Assembly (NCBI GenBank): GCA_036273575.1
Contig: DASUHI010000123.1
Coordinates: forward strand, 1 to 51,770
Length of the DNA stretch: 51,770 nt
Direction of reading: 5' to 3'
Source: Streptosporangiaceae bacterium
GTDB taxonomy: Bacteria; Actinomycetota; Actinomycetes; Streptosporangiales; Streptosporangiaceae
Positions 8,917-17,745 of the stretch are shown in pieces (the stretch's first letter is position 1; each line of letters opens with the position of its first letter). The translations under genes and the position numbers were made by a program. The notes under the pieces are model-generated. The model had not been told where the DNA came from and ran no database searches. It worked only from the letters and a program-made list of their open reading frames with translations.

Positions 8917-9486
8917 ATGAGGCACGCTGACCCGGTCGGGCAGATCGCTGACCTGTTCGCCACCGAAGGCGCGGAGGAGTACCTCGGTGAGCCGGTCACG
9001 CAGGCGGCGCACATGCTGCAGGCCGCGCACCTGGCCGAGCACGACGGGGCTCCAGATGCGCTGGTGGCCGCCGCGTTGCTGCACGACGTCGGTCACTTCA
9101 CCGGGGCGATCAGCGGCCAGCAGCTCATGGAAGGCACCGACAACAGGCACAGCCACAGCGGCGCGGACTGGCTCGCGCAGTGGTTCGGCCAAGAGGTCAC
9201 CGAGCCGGTGCGGCTGCACGTGGCCGCCAAGCGGTACCTGTGCGCGGTCGAGCCGGCTTACGCCAAGACCCTGTCGGCGGCGTCGGTCTACACGCTGAGC
9301 GTCCAGGGCGGGCCCATGGGAGGCGACGAGGTCGACGAGTTCGCGGCCAGCCCGTACGCGCAGGACGCGTGCCGGCTGCGCCGCTGGGACGACGCGGCCA
9401 AGGACCCCGACGCGGACGCACCGCCGTTTGAGCACTTCAGGCCGCTGCTGTCGCGGTTGGTCAGGTCACGGCGCGGTGGTGCCTGA
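8917..9486 (+). CDS. HD-domain protein, PhnZ/TmpB-like putative diiron oxygenase
   Basis: 189 aa. Ligand pattern is H..H (HMLQAAHLAEH) then LLHDVGH. The size matches PhnZ-type HD oxygenases. It sits immediately downstream of the BBOX-like dioxygenase, with an SD GGACGAGGA. Confidence 0.7.
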   Translation: MRHADPVGQIADLFATEGAEEYLGEPVTQAAHMLQAAHLAEHDGAPDALVAAALLHDVGHFTGAISGQQLMEGTDNRHSHSGADWLAQWFGQEVTEPVRLHVAAKRYLCAVEPAYAKTLSAASVYTLSVQGGPMGGDEVDEFAASPYAQDACRLRRWDDAAKDPDADAPPFEHFRPLLSRLVRSRRGGA

Positions 9487-9882
9487 CCTGCCGTAGGAGT
9501 CTTCTAGCCTGACGACATCCTCGCGCCAGCCAGGCGGCGCGGTCGAGGCCTCAGCGAACACGATGTCGCTGATCGCGGTCACCCTGTGCACCGCCCTGGC
9601 GGGCAAGTGAATCGTGTCCCCTGGGCCGAACCGGCGCACGACGAGGTCGCCGTCGATCGGGCCGTACTGGATGTCGGCCTCCCCGGAGATCAGGGAGATT
9701 GTCTCTTCCTTGTGCTCGTGGTACTGCAGGCTGATCGACTGGCCGGCCGTCACGTGGATGACCTTGCCGATGTACTTGCCTTCTTCGGCCGCGAAGATTT
9801 GCTCGAAACCCCAGGGCTTGCGCTGCTCCTGCGCACGGTAGATCCTCGCCTGCGAGTCAGTTGTCACCTGGCCTCCGTCCAC
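9466..9882 (-). CDS. Monocupin metalloprotein (phosphomannose-isomerase-type cupin_2)
   Basis: 138 aa, GTG start at 9882. Cupin motif 1 is SLQYHEHKEETISLISG (HxH...E) and motif 2 is GDTIHLPARAVHRV. Confidence 0.8.
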   Translation of the reverse strand: MDGGQVTTDSQARIYRAQEQRKPWGFEQIFAAEEGKYIGKVIHVTAGQSISLQYHEHKEETISLISGEADIQYGPIDGDLVVRRFGPGDTIHLPARAVHRVTAISDIVFAEASTAPPGWREDVVRLEDSYGRSGTTAP

Positions 9883-9913
9883 GTCACCAGCGCCTCATGC
9901 CGAGTCAAACAGG

Positions 9914-10606
9914 CTAGCCGAACAGCGGGAACTTACCGGCGGCCGGGCCGAGCTCGGTGCGCTCGTCTTCGGCCAGCCCGATCCGGCCCGTGCCCTTGAG
10001 CGCGTACGTCTCATCGTCCCAGCTCGCGACCCGTTCCCGACCGAGGAGCCCGTCGAGCACCCGGGTGACCAGCCCCAGCGAGATCGGGTCACACGGGGCG
10101 GCGCCTGGCAGTCCTGCGGTCATGTCGAGGTAGTGCACCGCGCCCTCGACCGCGAGCGTCGCCATGAAGTCGGCAGCCCTCAGGACGTGACCCTGGGTGG
10201 CGACCATCTGGAACGGGCAGGCCTTGGCCGCCCGTCGCGCGGCCTCCGCGGTCTCCGTCCACTCCCAGGTGAGCTTCGCGGGACTGAAGGCGGACGCCAC
10301 GATCCTGACGTGGCGCGCGTGGTCAGCGGCTGCCGCGCTGCCCGGCGGGATCTCGCCGTCGGCCGCGAACGGCCGCCAGTAGCTGACGTCGTCGCGGTCG
10401 GCAGGGCCGCGGCCGGGCGTGGCGAACGTCCGCAGCGCGCGGCGGGCGTCGAGCAGCTGGTGGTACAGCACGTCGCCGACCGACCAGCCCGCGCACCTGC
10501 TCGGGCGCATCATGGCCGCGTCGTCGAGACCTGCCGCCAGGTCCGTCAGCTGCACGTACGCACCGTCGAACGCGGCTTCCGCGTGCTCTCTGCTCAGCGG
10601 GTTCAT
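9914..10606 (-). CDS. DinB-fold / mycothiol-dependent maleylpyruvate-isomerase-N-terminal family protein (TIGR03083-like)
   Basis: The N-terminal pattern (..AGWSVGDVLYHQLLD..) is typical of MDMPI_N/DinB_2. The protein is 230 aa. Confidence 0.65.
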   Translation of the reverse strand: MNPLSREHAEAAFDGAYVQLTDLAAGLDDAAMMRPSRCAGWSVGDVLYHQLLDARRALRTFATPGRGPADRDDVSYWRPFAADGEIPPGSAAAADHARHVRIVASAFSPAKLTWEWTETAEAARRAAKACPFQMVATQGHVLRAADFMATLAVEGAVHYLDMTAGLPGAAPCDPISLGLVTRVLDGLLGRERVASWDDETYALKGTGRIGLAEDERTELGPAAGKFPLFG

Positions 10607-10652
10607 CGGTGCTCATCCTGCCATCGCCGGGGCGGGCGGGCAGCGGGACGGG

Positions 10653-11819
10653 TCACTCGCTGGTCTGCGACCGCGCCATTCCCGCGTCCCATTTCGCCTC
10701 GATCTGGCCGAACCGCCAGATCGCGAGCGCGACGACCCAGGTGACCACGAACACGCCGACGATGACGTACCCGGCCTTGTTGAGGTCGAACGCGGCCATG
10801 AAGCGCCAGAAGTAACCGGTGAGATGGGCCTGCTGCCCGATCAGCCCGAGGATCTCGACGCTGCCGATGAAGAAGGCCACGAAGACCGACAATCCCGTGA
10901 TCGTCAGGTTGTAGTAGACCTTGCGCACCGGGCGCGCGAAGGCCCAGTCGTAGGCGAAGTTCATGAAGCAGCCGTCGGCGGTGTCGAACAGGCTCATCCC
11001 GGCCGCGAACAAAAAGGGCAGCGAGAGCAACGCGTAGAACGGCAGCCCGCTGATCACCGCGGTGCCCGCCAGCACGAGGAAGGCGACTTCGGTCGCGGTG
11101 TCGAATCCCAGCCCGAACAGCAGGCCGATCGGGTACATCTTCCACGGCGCGTCCACGCGCTTGTTGAGCGGCCCGAGCAGCCTGTTCATCAGGCCCCGCT
11201 TGGCCAGTTGCTCCTCGAGCTCGGCGTCGCTGAATCTGCCGGAACGCATCTCGCGGAAGACCTTGATGATGCCGATCAGGATGACCACGTTCAGGGCGGC
11301 GATCAGGTACAAGAACGTGCCGGAGACCGACGTCCCGACCACGCCGGTGACCCCGTGCAGCGTCGAGTTCTTGTTGTGCACCTGGCTGTTGAGCGCACGG
11401 ATGCCGAAGTTCAGCAAGATGGCGAGGATGAACACGACCGATGAGTGACCGAGCGAGAAGAAGAAGCCGACCGACAACGGACGCTTGCCGTCGCCGACCA
11501 GCTTGCGGGTCGTGTTGTCGATGGCGGCGATGTGGTCGGCGTCGAACGCGTGCCGCATGCCGAGGGTGTAGGCGAGCACTCCGGTCCCGACGCCGAACGC
11601 CTTCCCGGCGCTCACCTGGTAGTTCCCGTTGACCACGGCGAGCGTGAGCAGGCCCCAGCCGACCACGTGCAGCCCGATCACCGCCGCGACCATGGCGCCA
11701 ACGCGGCGCCACTCCGCGGGCGTCAGCGCGGCCCTGATCCGGGCCAGACGGCTGGAAGCGGTGCCGCCCGCGGGGGACGACCCCCCGGAACCCCCCGCGC
11801 TCTGCGCTATGGACGTCAT
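10653..11819 (-). CDS. HoxN/HupN/NixA (NiCoT) family nickel/cobalt transporter
   Basis: The signature RHAFDADHIAAIDNTTRKL and LGFDTATEV are present, with 8 TM segments. The start is set to ATG 11819 (MTSIAQS). The listed TTG at 11858 would put the Nur-box-like site inside the CDS. Confidence 0.9.
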   Translation of the reverse strand: MTSIAQSAGGSGGSSPAGGTASSRLARIRAALTPAEWRRVGAMVAAVIGLHVVGWGLLTLAVVNGNYQVSAGKAFGVGTGVLAYTLGMRHAFDADHIAAIDNTTRKLVGDGKRPLSVGFFFSLGHSSVVFILAILLNFGIRALNSQVHNKNSTLHGVTGVVGTSVSGTFLYLIAALNVVILIGIIKVFREMRSGRFSDAELEEQLAKRGLMNRLLGPLNKRVDAPWKMYPIGLLFGLGFDTATEVAFLVLAGTAVISGLPFYALLSLPFLFAAGMSLFDTADGCFMNFAYDWAFARPVRKVYYNLTITGLSVFVAFFIGSVEILGLIGQQAHLTGYFWRFMAAFDLNKAGYVIVGVFVVTWVVALAIWRFGQIEAKWDAGMARSQTSE

Positions 11820-11838
11820 GCGCGCCACCCTAAGGTAG

Positions 11839-11855
11839 CTGCAAATTACTTGCAA
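11839..11855. promoter_or_regulatory. Nur-box-like operator CTGCAA-N5-TTGCAA
   Basis: The sequence ctgcaa attac ttgcaa lies 20-36 nt upstream of the NiCoT ATG. It matches the published Streptomyces Nur (Ni-Fur) 6-5-6 consensus tTGCaa-N5-ttGCAA. Confidence 0.55.
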
Positions 11856-11944
11856 CAACGGGATGCAGGCAGGCGCGAGGCGATGGCGGAGCGTGCTGAG
11901 TTACGATCGGCTGGCGAACGCTCCAACGGAGGAGGCAGTCCGAC

Positions 11945-14017
11945 GTGCTCAGCTATCCCCCCACCGCGACAGGTCCCGACGCCGACGATTACCACGGCGA
12001 GACCGTCGCCGACCCCTACCGGTGGCTGGAGAACACCAACTCGCGCCAGACGGCAGAATGGATCGCCGCGCAGAACGCGCTGACCCAGTCCGTGCTCGCC
12101 GGCGTGGCGGACTCCGATCGGGCGGCATTCACCGACCTGCTCACCAAGGTGGCCGACTACCCCAAGTACGGGGTGCCGTTCGAGCGCGGCGGGCGCTGGT
12201 TCCAGTTCCGCAACTCGGGCTTGCAGAACCAGCCCGTGCTGTTCGTCATGGAGGGCCCCGACCAGCTCGGCCGGCCGCTGATCGACCCCAACGAGCTGGC
12301 CTCCGACGGCACGGTGGCGATCAGCGGCGTGAGCGTGACCAGCGACGGGTCGCTGCTCGCGTACGCGACCAGCGCGAAGGGATCCGACTGGCAGACCTGG
12401 CGGGTCCGCGACACCAGCACGGGCGAGGACCTGCAGGACGCCGTCGAGTGGGCGAAGTCGGACAACGCCGCCTGGCGCAAGGACAAGTCAGGCTTCTACT
12501 ACATGGCGCCGCAGGCACCCGTGCCCGGCAGTGAGTACCTGGCAGAAAACAGTGCGAGGCGGATCCTGTTCCACCGCATCGGCACGGCCCAGCAGGACGA
12601 CGCGGTCGTGTTCGAGAGCCCCGAGCACCCCGAGTGGTATCCGCTGGCGCACGTCACCGACGACGGCAGGTTCCTCGTCATCTCGGTGTTCGCGGGGACC
12701 GCTCCGCAGGCCCAGATCCACGTGCTCGACCTGGCAGACCCCGGCGCGCGGCTGCGGCCGCTGGTCGGCGGCTTCGACAACATCGCCGACCTGGTCGGGT
12801 CGACGGGCACCACGTTCTACCTGGTGACCGACCACGAGGCGGAGCGCAAGCGGCTCGTCGCCGTCGAGCTCGAACGGCCCGACCGCGAGCACTGGACGCA
12901 GATCGTGGCGCAAGGACCGGACACGCTGCTCGCCGCGTACCGGTTCGGCGGAAAGTTCGTCTGCCACTACCTGCGGAACGCGTGCTCCGTGCTGCGCGTC
13001 CACGACGCCGACGGCGGGAACGCGCTCGAGGTGGCGCTGCCCTCCTACTGCTCGGTCGCGGACGCGGCGAAGACAGGCGAGGGCATCAAGGGTCACGAGG
13101 ACAGCACCCTCATGTACTTCGGGCTGACGTCCTTCGCCGACTCTGGCTCGCTGTGGTCGCACGACCTGGCCTCAGGCGAGACCGCGCTGGCCCGCACGTC
13201 CGGCGGCGCCCTGGACCCCGAGCGGTTCACGCTCGAGCAGGTCCACGTGACCTCCGCCGACGGCACGGACGTGACCATGTTCGTCACCAGGCGCGATGAC
13301 GTCGAGCCGACTGGCGACGTGCCGGTGCTGCTCTACGGATACGGCGGCTTCGACATCCCGATCACGCCTTCCTTCGACGTGATGCACGCGGCCTGGCTCG
13401 AGAACGGCGGGCTGCTGGCGGTCGCGAACCTGCGCGGCGGCGGCGAGTACGGCCGCGCCTGGCACGACGCCGGGCGCCTGGCCAGCAAGCAGAACGTGTT
13501 CGACGACTTCTGCGCCTGCGCCAAGTGGCTCGCCGACTCGCCGTGGTCGGCCGCGGAACGGATCGCGATCCAGGGCGGCTCCAACGGCGGCCTGCTGGTC
13601 GGGGCGTGCATGACCCAGCACCCCGAGCTCTTCGGCGCGTGCGTCGCGCACGTCGGCGTGATGGACATGCTGCGCTTCGACAAGTTCACCGTGGGCCGCG
13701 CCTGGATCTCGGATTTCGGCAGTCCCGACGATCCCGAGCAGTACCGGTGGCTGCGCGCGTACTCGCCGCTGCACAACCTGAAGAAGGGCCAGGCCTACCC
13801 GCCGACCTTGCTGCTCACCGGCGACCACGACGACCGGGTAGTGCCCGGGCACTCATTCAAGTTCGCCGCCGCGCTGCAGGCAGCGCAGGGCGGTGACGCT
13901 CCGGTGCTCATCAGGATCGAGACCGCGGCGGGCCACGGCGCAGGCAAGCCAACCAGCAAGGTCATCGCCGAGTCCGCCGACATCCTCACCTTCCTCCGCC
14001 TCGCCTTCGCCGCCTGA
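11945..14017 (+). CDS. Prolyl oligopeptidase (S9A family)
   Basis: 690 aa, GTG start with SD GGAGGAGG. The N-terminal DPYRWLE motif, a beta-propeller region, the catalytic GGSNGGLL serine motif, and the Asp/His region (DDRV...GHG) are all present. Confidence 0.92.
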   Translation: MLSYPPTATGPDADDYHGETVADPYRWLENTNSRQTAEWIAAQNALTQSVLAGVADSDRAAFTDLLTKVADYPKYGVPFERGGRWFQFRNSGLQNQPVLFVMEGPDQLGRPLIDPNELASDGTVAISGVSVTSDGSLLAYATSAKGSDWQTWRVRDTSTGEDLQDAVEWAKSDNAAWRKDKSGFYYMAPQAPVPGSEYLAENSARRILFHRIGTAQQDDAVVFESPEHPEWYPLAHVTDDGRFLVISVFAGTAPQAQIHVLDLADPGARLRPLVGGFDNIADLVGSTGTTFYLVTDHEAERKRLVAVELERPDREHWTQIVAQGPDTLLAAYRFGGKFVCHYLRNACSVLRVHDADGGNALEVALPSYCSVADAAKTGEGIKGHEDSTLMYFGLTSFADSGSLWSHDLASGETALARTSGGALDPERFTLEQVHVTSADGTDVTMFVTRRDDVEPTGDVPVLLYGYGGFDIPITPSFDVMHAAWLENGGLLAVANLRGGGEYGRAWHDAGRLASKQNVFDDFCACAKWLADSPWSAAERIAIQGGSNGGLLVGACMTQHPELFGACVAHVGVMDMLRFDKFTVGRAWISDFGSPDDPEQYRWLRAYSPLHNLKKGQAYPPTLLLTGDHDDRVVPGHSFKFAAALQAAQGGDAPVLIRIETAAGHGAGKPTSKVIAESADILTFLRLAFAA

Positions 14018-14045
14018 CCCGCGCGCGCGTCCCTGGCAGCGCGAA

Positions 14046-14792
14046 TCAGCGGAGGTAGGAGGCGCCGTTGAGGTCGAGGACGGCGCCGCTTGCCCACTCG
14101 GCCTTGGGTGAGGCCAGGTACACGACGGCGGCGGCGATTTCCTCGGGCTCCGCGACGCGGCCGAACGGGCTCTGCGCCCTGATCTCGTCGCCGCGCGGCG
14201 GCTTCAGGTGCTCGTTGGTCATGTCGGTGGCCACGAAGCCGGGCGCCACCGACATCACGGCGATGCCGTGCGGCGCGAGCGCCCGGGCCAGGGACTGGCC
14301 GAGCGAGTTCAGGCCGGCTTTGCTCGCCCCGTACGCGGGCGAGTGCGGCTCGCCGCGATACGCCCCCCGCGACGAGACGTTGATGATCCGGCCGCCGCGG
14401 CCCTTCATGTGCTGGACGGCGCACCACGCGGCGTTCGCCGCGCCGATCAGGTTGACCGCGAGCGTTGCCCGCCACTGGTCCTGCCACTGCTCGTAGGACA
14501 CGTCGGTGATCGGGTGCGGCGTGAACACACCTGCGTTGTTGACCAGGACGTCCAGGCCGCCGAGCACGCTGGCCGCGCGGTCCACCATCGCGCGCACGGC
14601 GTCGGGGTCGGCGAGGTCCGCCTGGACGACAGCGTGCCCGCTGCCGGACAGGTCCGCGACGAGACGGTCGGCGAGTCCCGCCGAGTCGCGGTGGTGCACG
14701 GCCACCCGGTCGCCGGCCGCGGCGAACTCGGCCGCGATGGCCCTGCCGATCCCCCGCGAACCCCCGGTGATCAGTACGGCGCGCCCGCTCAT
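14046..14792 (-). CDS. SDR family oxidoreductase (FabG-like)
   Basis: Motifs present: TGGSRGIG (TGxxxGxG), NNAG, and the catalytic YGASK (YxxxK). Confidence 0.9.
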   Translation of the reverse strand: MSGRAVLITGGSRGIGRAIAAEFAAAGDRVAVHHRDSAGLADRLVADLSGSGHAVVQADLADPDAVRAMVDRAASVLGGLDVLVNNAGVFTPHPITDVSYEQWQDQWRATLAVNLIGAANAAWCAVQHMKGRGGRIINVSSRGAYRGEPHSPAYGASKAGLNSLGQSLARALAPHGIAVMSVAPGFVATDMTNEHLKPPRGDEIRAQSPFGRVAEPEEIAAAVVYLASPKAEWASGAVLDLNGASYLR

Positions 14793-14796
14793 CAGG

Positions 14797-16308
14797 TCAG
14801 GTACCGCTGGCCGGCATCGGCGGGCAGCCGGCGGGGATGGAAGGCTTGGGCGGGATCTTCGGGTGCGTGTGGCCGATGATCCTGCCCGTCTTGTTCCTGA
14901 TCGGCTTGGACTTGGGCTTGGTGGCCTCCCAGTGCCTGACCGCCTTGTAGGCGTTCTGGCATCCCTGGTAATCCGTGCGGACGTTGGACACCAGGCTGGT
15001 GGCCTGGCTGAGGCTGCCAGAGGAAAGCCGGCGGATCGCCTGGACGTCCTGGGACGGCAGCCCGGCGACGGGGACGTCGGTGGGGCGGTACACGCTTGAC
15101 AGCGAGACTCCGAAGAGCTGCTGGTCGAGCCCGCGGAAGATCGTGACCTTACCGTTCTTGGTGCCCACGTAGTACTGGCTGTGCACGTACTGGTACCCGA
15201 CGATCAAGCCCGCCCCGATCAAGATGACGAACAGTGCCAGGATCGAGGTCATCAGCGGCCAGCGGCGCCGGCGGCGCCGCCGAGGGCGCTCCTCCTCATC
15301 GAGCGCGGGCTCGGCGGCGTGCCTGCCGGGAACGGCCGCGGCCGGGGAATGCTGGGTGCCAGACCTGGCGGTCGCGCGCGGCGCGGATGACTGCTGCGCC
15401 GTCCCCTGCCCGGCCATCGCGCGGCTCGAGACCCCGGCCGCCGCGGGGACGGCGCCCAGCATCGTGACGCCGGCCGAGCCGCCGTCCATCCCCGGCCTGG
15501 TGAACGGCTTCGTGTCGGTGCCGCCGGTGTTCGTGGCCGCGCCGACGGTCACCGGCGCGCTTGTCGGCGACACGCCGCTCTGGTCCGTGTCGATGACGTC
15601 GGCGACGATGCACGTGACGTTGTCCGGCGCGCCGCCCCTGATCGCGAGGTCGACCAGGGCAACCACGGCGTCTGCGGGCTCTGGCACGGCGACCAGCGCC
15701 TGCAGGATCTGCTCGTCGCTCACCGCGACCGGCAGCCCGTCGGAACAGATCAGGTACCGGTCGCCGACCTGGGCGTCGAGCATGGACAGGTCGGGGTCCG
15801 CGTCGGTGCGGCCATCCAGCGCGCGCAGCAGCAGCGACCGCTGCGGATGGGTGGCTGCCTCCTCAGGCTGGATCCTGCCCTGGTCGATGAGGGCCTGCAC
15901 GAACGTGTGATCCCTGGTGATCTGGTACAGGTCGCCATCACGGACCAGGTAGGCGCGGGAGTCGCCGATGTGGCAGATGGCCGCCGAGCCGCCGGCCCAC
16001 AGCATGGCCGTCAGCGTCGTGCCCATGCTGCCAACCGTGGGATCAGAATCGACGATCCTGCGCAGCGTCTGTTTCGCCGTCGCCACGGCACCGGCGAGCG
16101 CCTCGATGAGCTCGGACTCGGGCATCGCCTTCTGGTCGAGCGGCGCCACCGTGGATATCACCGCGGCGCTGGCGACCTCGCCCGCCTCGTAACCACCCAT
16201 CCCGTCCGCGACGGCCAGCAGGTGCGGGCCCGCATAGGCTGAGTCCTCGTTGCCCTCTCTGAGCAAGCCGACGTCGGAGCGGACCGCGTAGCGGAGTGCA
16301 AGTGTCAT
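14797..16308 (-). CDS. Membrane-anchored PP2C-family Ser/Thr phosphatase (PstP-like)
   Basis: The start is trimmed to ATG 16308 (MTLALRYAVRSDVGLLREGNEDS). PPM motifs DGMGG and DGL are present. It also has a Pro/Ala-rich linker, a single TM segment (WPLMTSILALFVILIGAGLIV) and an extracytoplasmic tail. It stops 4 nt before the SDR start. Confidence 0.9.
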   Translation of the reverse strand: MTLALRYAVRSDVGLLREGNEDSAYAGPHLLAVADGMGGYEAGEVASAAVISTVAPLDQKAMPESELIEALAGAVATAKQTLRRIVDSDPTVGSMGTTLTAMLWAGGSAAICHIGDSRAYLVRDGDLYQITRDHTFVQALIDQGRIQPEEAATHPQRSLLLRALDGRTDADPDLSMLDAQVGDRYLICSDGLPVAVSDEQILQALVAVPEPADAVVALVDLAIRGGAPDNVTCIVADVIDTDQSGVSPTSAPVTVGAATNTGGTDTKPFTRPGMDGGSAGVTMLGAVPAAAGVSSRAMAGQGTAQQSSAPRATARSGTQHSPAAAVPGRHAAEPALDEEERPRRRRRRRWPLMTSILALFVILIGAGLIVGYQYVHSQYYVGTKNGKVTIFRGLDQQLFGVSLSSVYRPTDVPVAGLPSQDVQAIRRLSSGSLSQATSLVSNVRTDYQGCQNAYKAVRHWEATKPKSKPIRNKTGRIIGHTHPKIPPKPSIPAGCPPMPASGT

Positions 16309-16659
16309 CACGCAGCTCCAGGACGATCTGGCCGGTCGGGTCGGCACCCCGACCCTGCACCCTCGGTCGGCGGCCCGGTCAGCAAACGGTAGGACTTCAT
16401 GCTGGGATCGAGCCTAGATCCTGACGGATCTTGCCGCGCGCCAGCAAGAGCTTCGAACACCAATTTCGCGAACCGGAAATACAGTGCTCGCATGGTACAC
16501 GCTAAGTGCCGGCCGCGAACCATACCCATGCTGAGCATGGCAGGAGCGTGCGCAATGGCGCCCATCGCGGGCTAGGGGGGCAACGTCAGGACGCACGGAT
16601 GATGGCCCTTATCCGGGGGTTGCCGTTACCATGCGTGAAACGAAACACCACGGAACGCT

Positions 16660-17745
16660 ATGACAGCAAAGGGCACATCAGCGCGTAACACGCCGCTGAA
16701 GTCCGATCAGCCAGTCACGCTCAAAGACGTGGCCGCACTGGCCGGAGTTCACCCTGCGACGGCGTCGCGGGCGCTCAACGCCGAGACCAGGCTGCTGGTG
16801 CGCCGCGAGACCGCCGACCGGGTCATGGCCGCTGCCGACTCGCTCGGCTACCGGCCGAACACGGTGGCCCGCAGCCTGCGCACGCGCCGTTCGCACACCG
16901 TGGGCGTGCTGATCCCGGATCTGACCAACCCGCTGTTCCCGCCGATTGTCCGCGGCATCGAGGATCGCCTCGCCGCCGAGGGCTACGTCGCGCTCATCGG
17001 CAACACCGACTCCGACCTGGACCGCGAGCGGCTGGTGTTCGAGCGGATGCGCGCGAGGCACGTGGACGGCTTCGTCTGCGCGACCGCGCACCTCCGCAGC
17101 CCGGTGCTGGCCGACGCGGCCGAAGCGGGGATGCCCGTGGTGCTGGTGAACCGGCATGCCGAGGGGTACGGCATGCACTGCGTGTCGGTGGACAACGAGC
17201 GCGGCATCGCGATGGCGGTCGAGCACCTGGCCGGGCTCGGTCACCGCAGGATCGCGCACATCGCCGGCCCGCAGGACGTATCGACGGGCCTCAGCCGGTA
17301 CCAGGGCTTCGTCGCCGCGATGGCCGCGCACGGCCTGACCGTCGATCCCGCCCTGGTCACCTACGCCCGTGCCTACTCCCTGGAGGAGGGCGACCGGTGC
17401 GGTCGAGAACTCACCGCGGCCGGGTCGGGTTGCACGGCGATCGCGGCCGCCAACGACATGCTGGCCGTCGGCTGCTATGCGGCGCTCGAGGCCGCCGGCC
17501 TGTCCTGCCCGCGGGACATCTCCGTGGTCGGGTTCAACGACATGCCGTTCATCGACCGGCTGCGGCCGCCGCTCACGTCGGTGAGCTTCCCGCACTATCA
17601 GGTCGGAGCCGAGGCCGGGCGGCTGATCCTTGAGCAGATCGCGGCGAGCGCAGAGGACCGCCCGTCCCCTGGTGAGCCTGGCAAGGTCCTGTACCTCGCG
17701 CCTGAGCTGAAGGTCAGGGGCTCGACGGCCCCGCCTGCGGAATAG
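16660..17745 (+). CDS. LacI family transcriptional regulator
   Basis: The N-terminal HTH is VTLKDVAALAGVHPATASRALN. The rest is a periplasmic-binding-protein-like effector domain. Confidence 0.9.
   Translation: MTAKGTSARNTPLKSDQPVTLKDVAALAGVHPATASRALNAETRLLVRRETADRVMAAADSLGYRPNTVARSLRTRRSHTVGVLIPDLTNPLFPPIVRGIEDRLAAEGYVALIGNTDSDLDRERLVFERMRARHVDGFVCATAHLRSPVLADAAEAGMPVVLVNRHAEGYGMHCVSVDNERGIAMAVEHLAGLGHRRIAHIAGPQDVSTGLSRYQGFVAAMAAHGLTVDPALVTYARAYSLEEGDRCGRELTAAGSGCTAIAAANDMLAVGCYAALEAAGLSCPRDISVVGFNDMPFIDRLRPPLTSVSFPHYQVGAEAGRLILEQIAASAEDRPSPGEPGKVLYLAPELKVRGSTAPPAE

Noticed and set aside
11820-11944. Cobalamin or other riboswitch upstream of the Ni/Co transporter
   Set aside because: The shared intergenic region is only 125 nt. 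It lacks any B12-box-like core. A protein operator (the Nur-box-like palindrome) explains it better.
16308-16400. 30-codon upstream ORF (MKSYRLLTGPP...) whose TGA overlaps the PP2C ATG (TGATG)
   Set aside because: Its GC3 is only about 70%, well below neighbouring genes. It has no SD or homology signal and is very short. The coupling-like overlap may be fortuitous.
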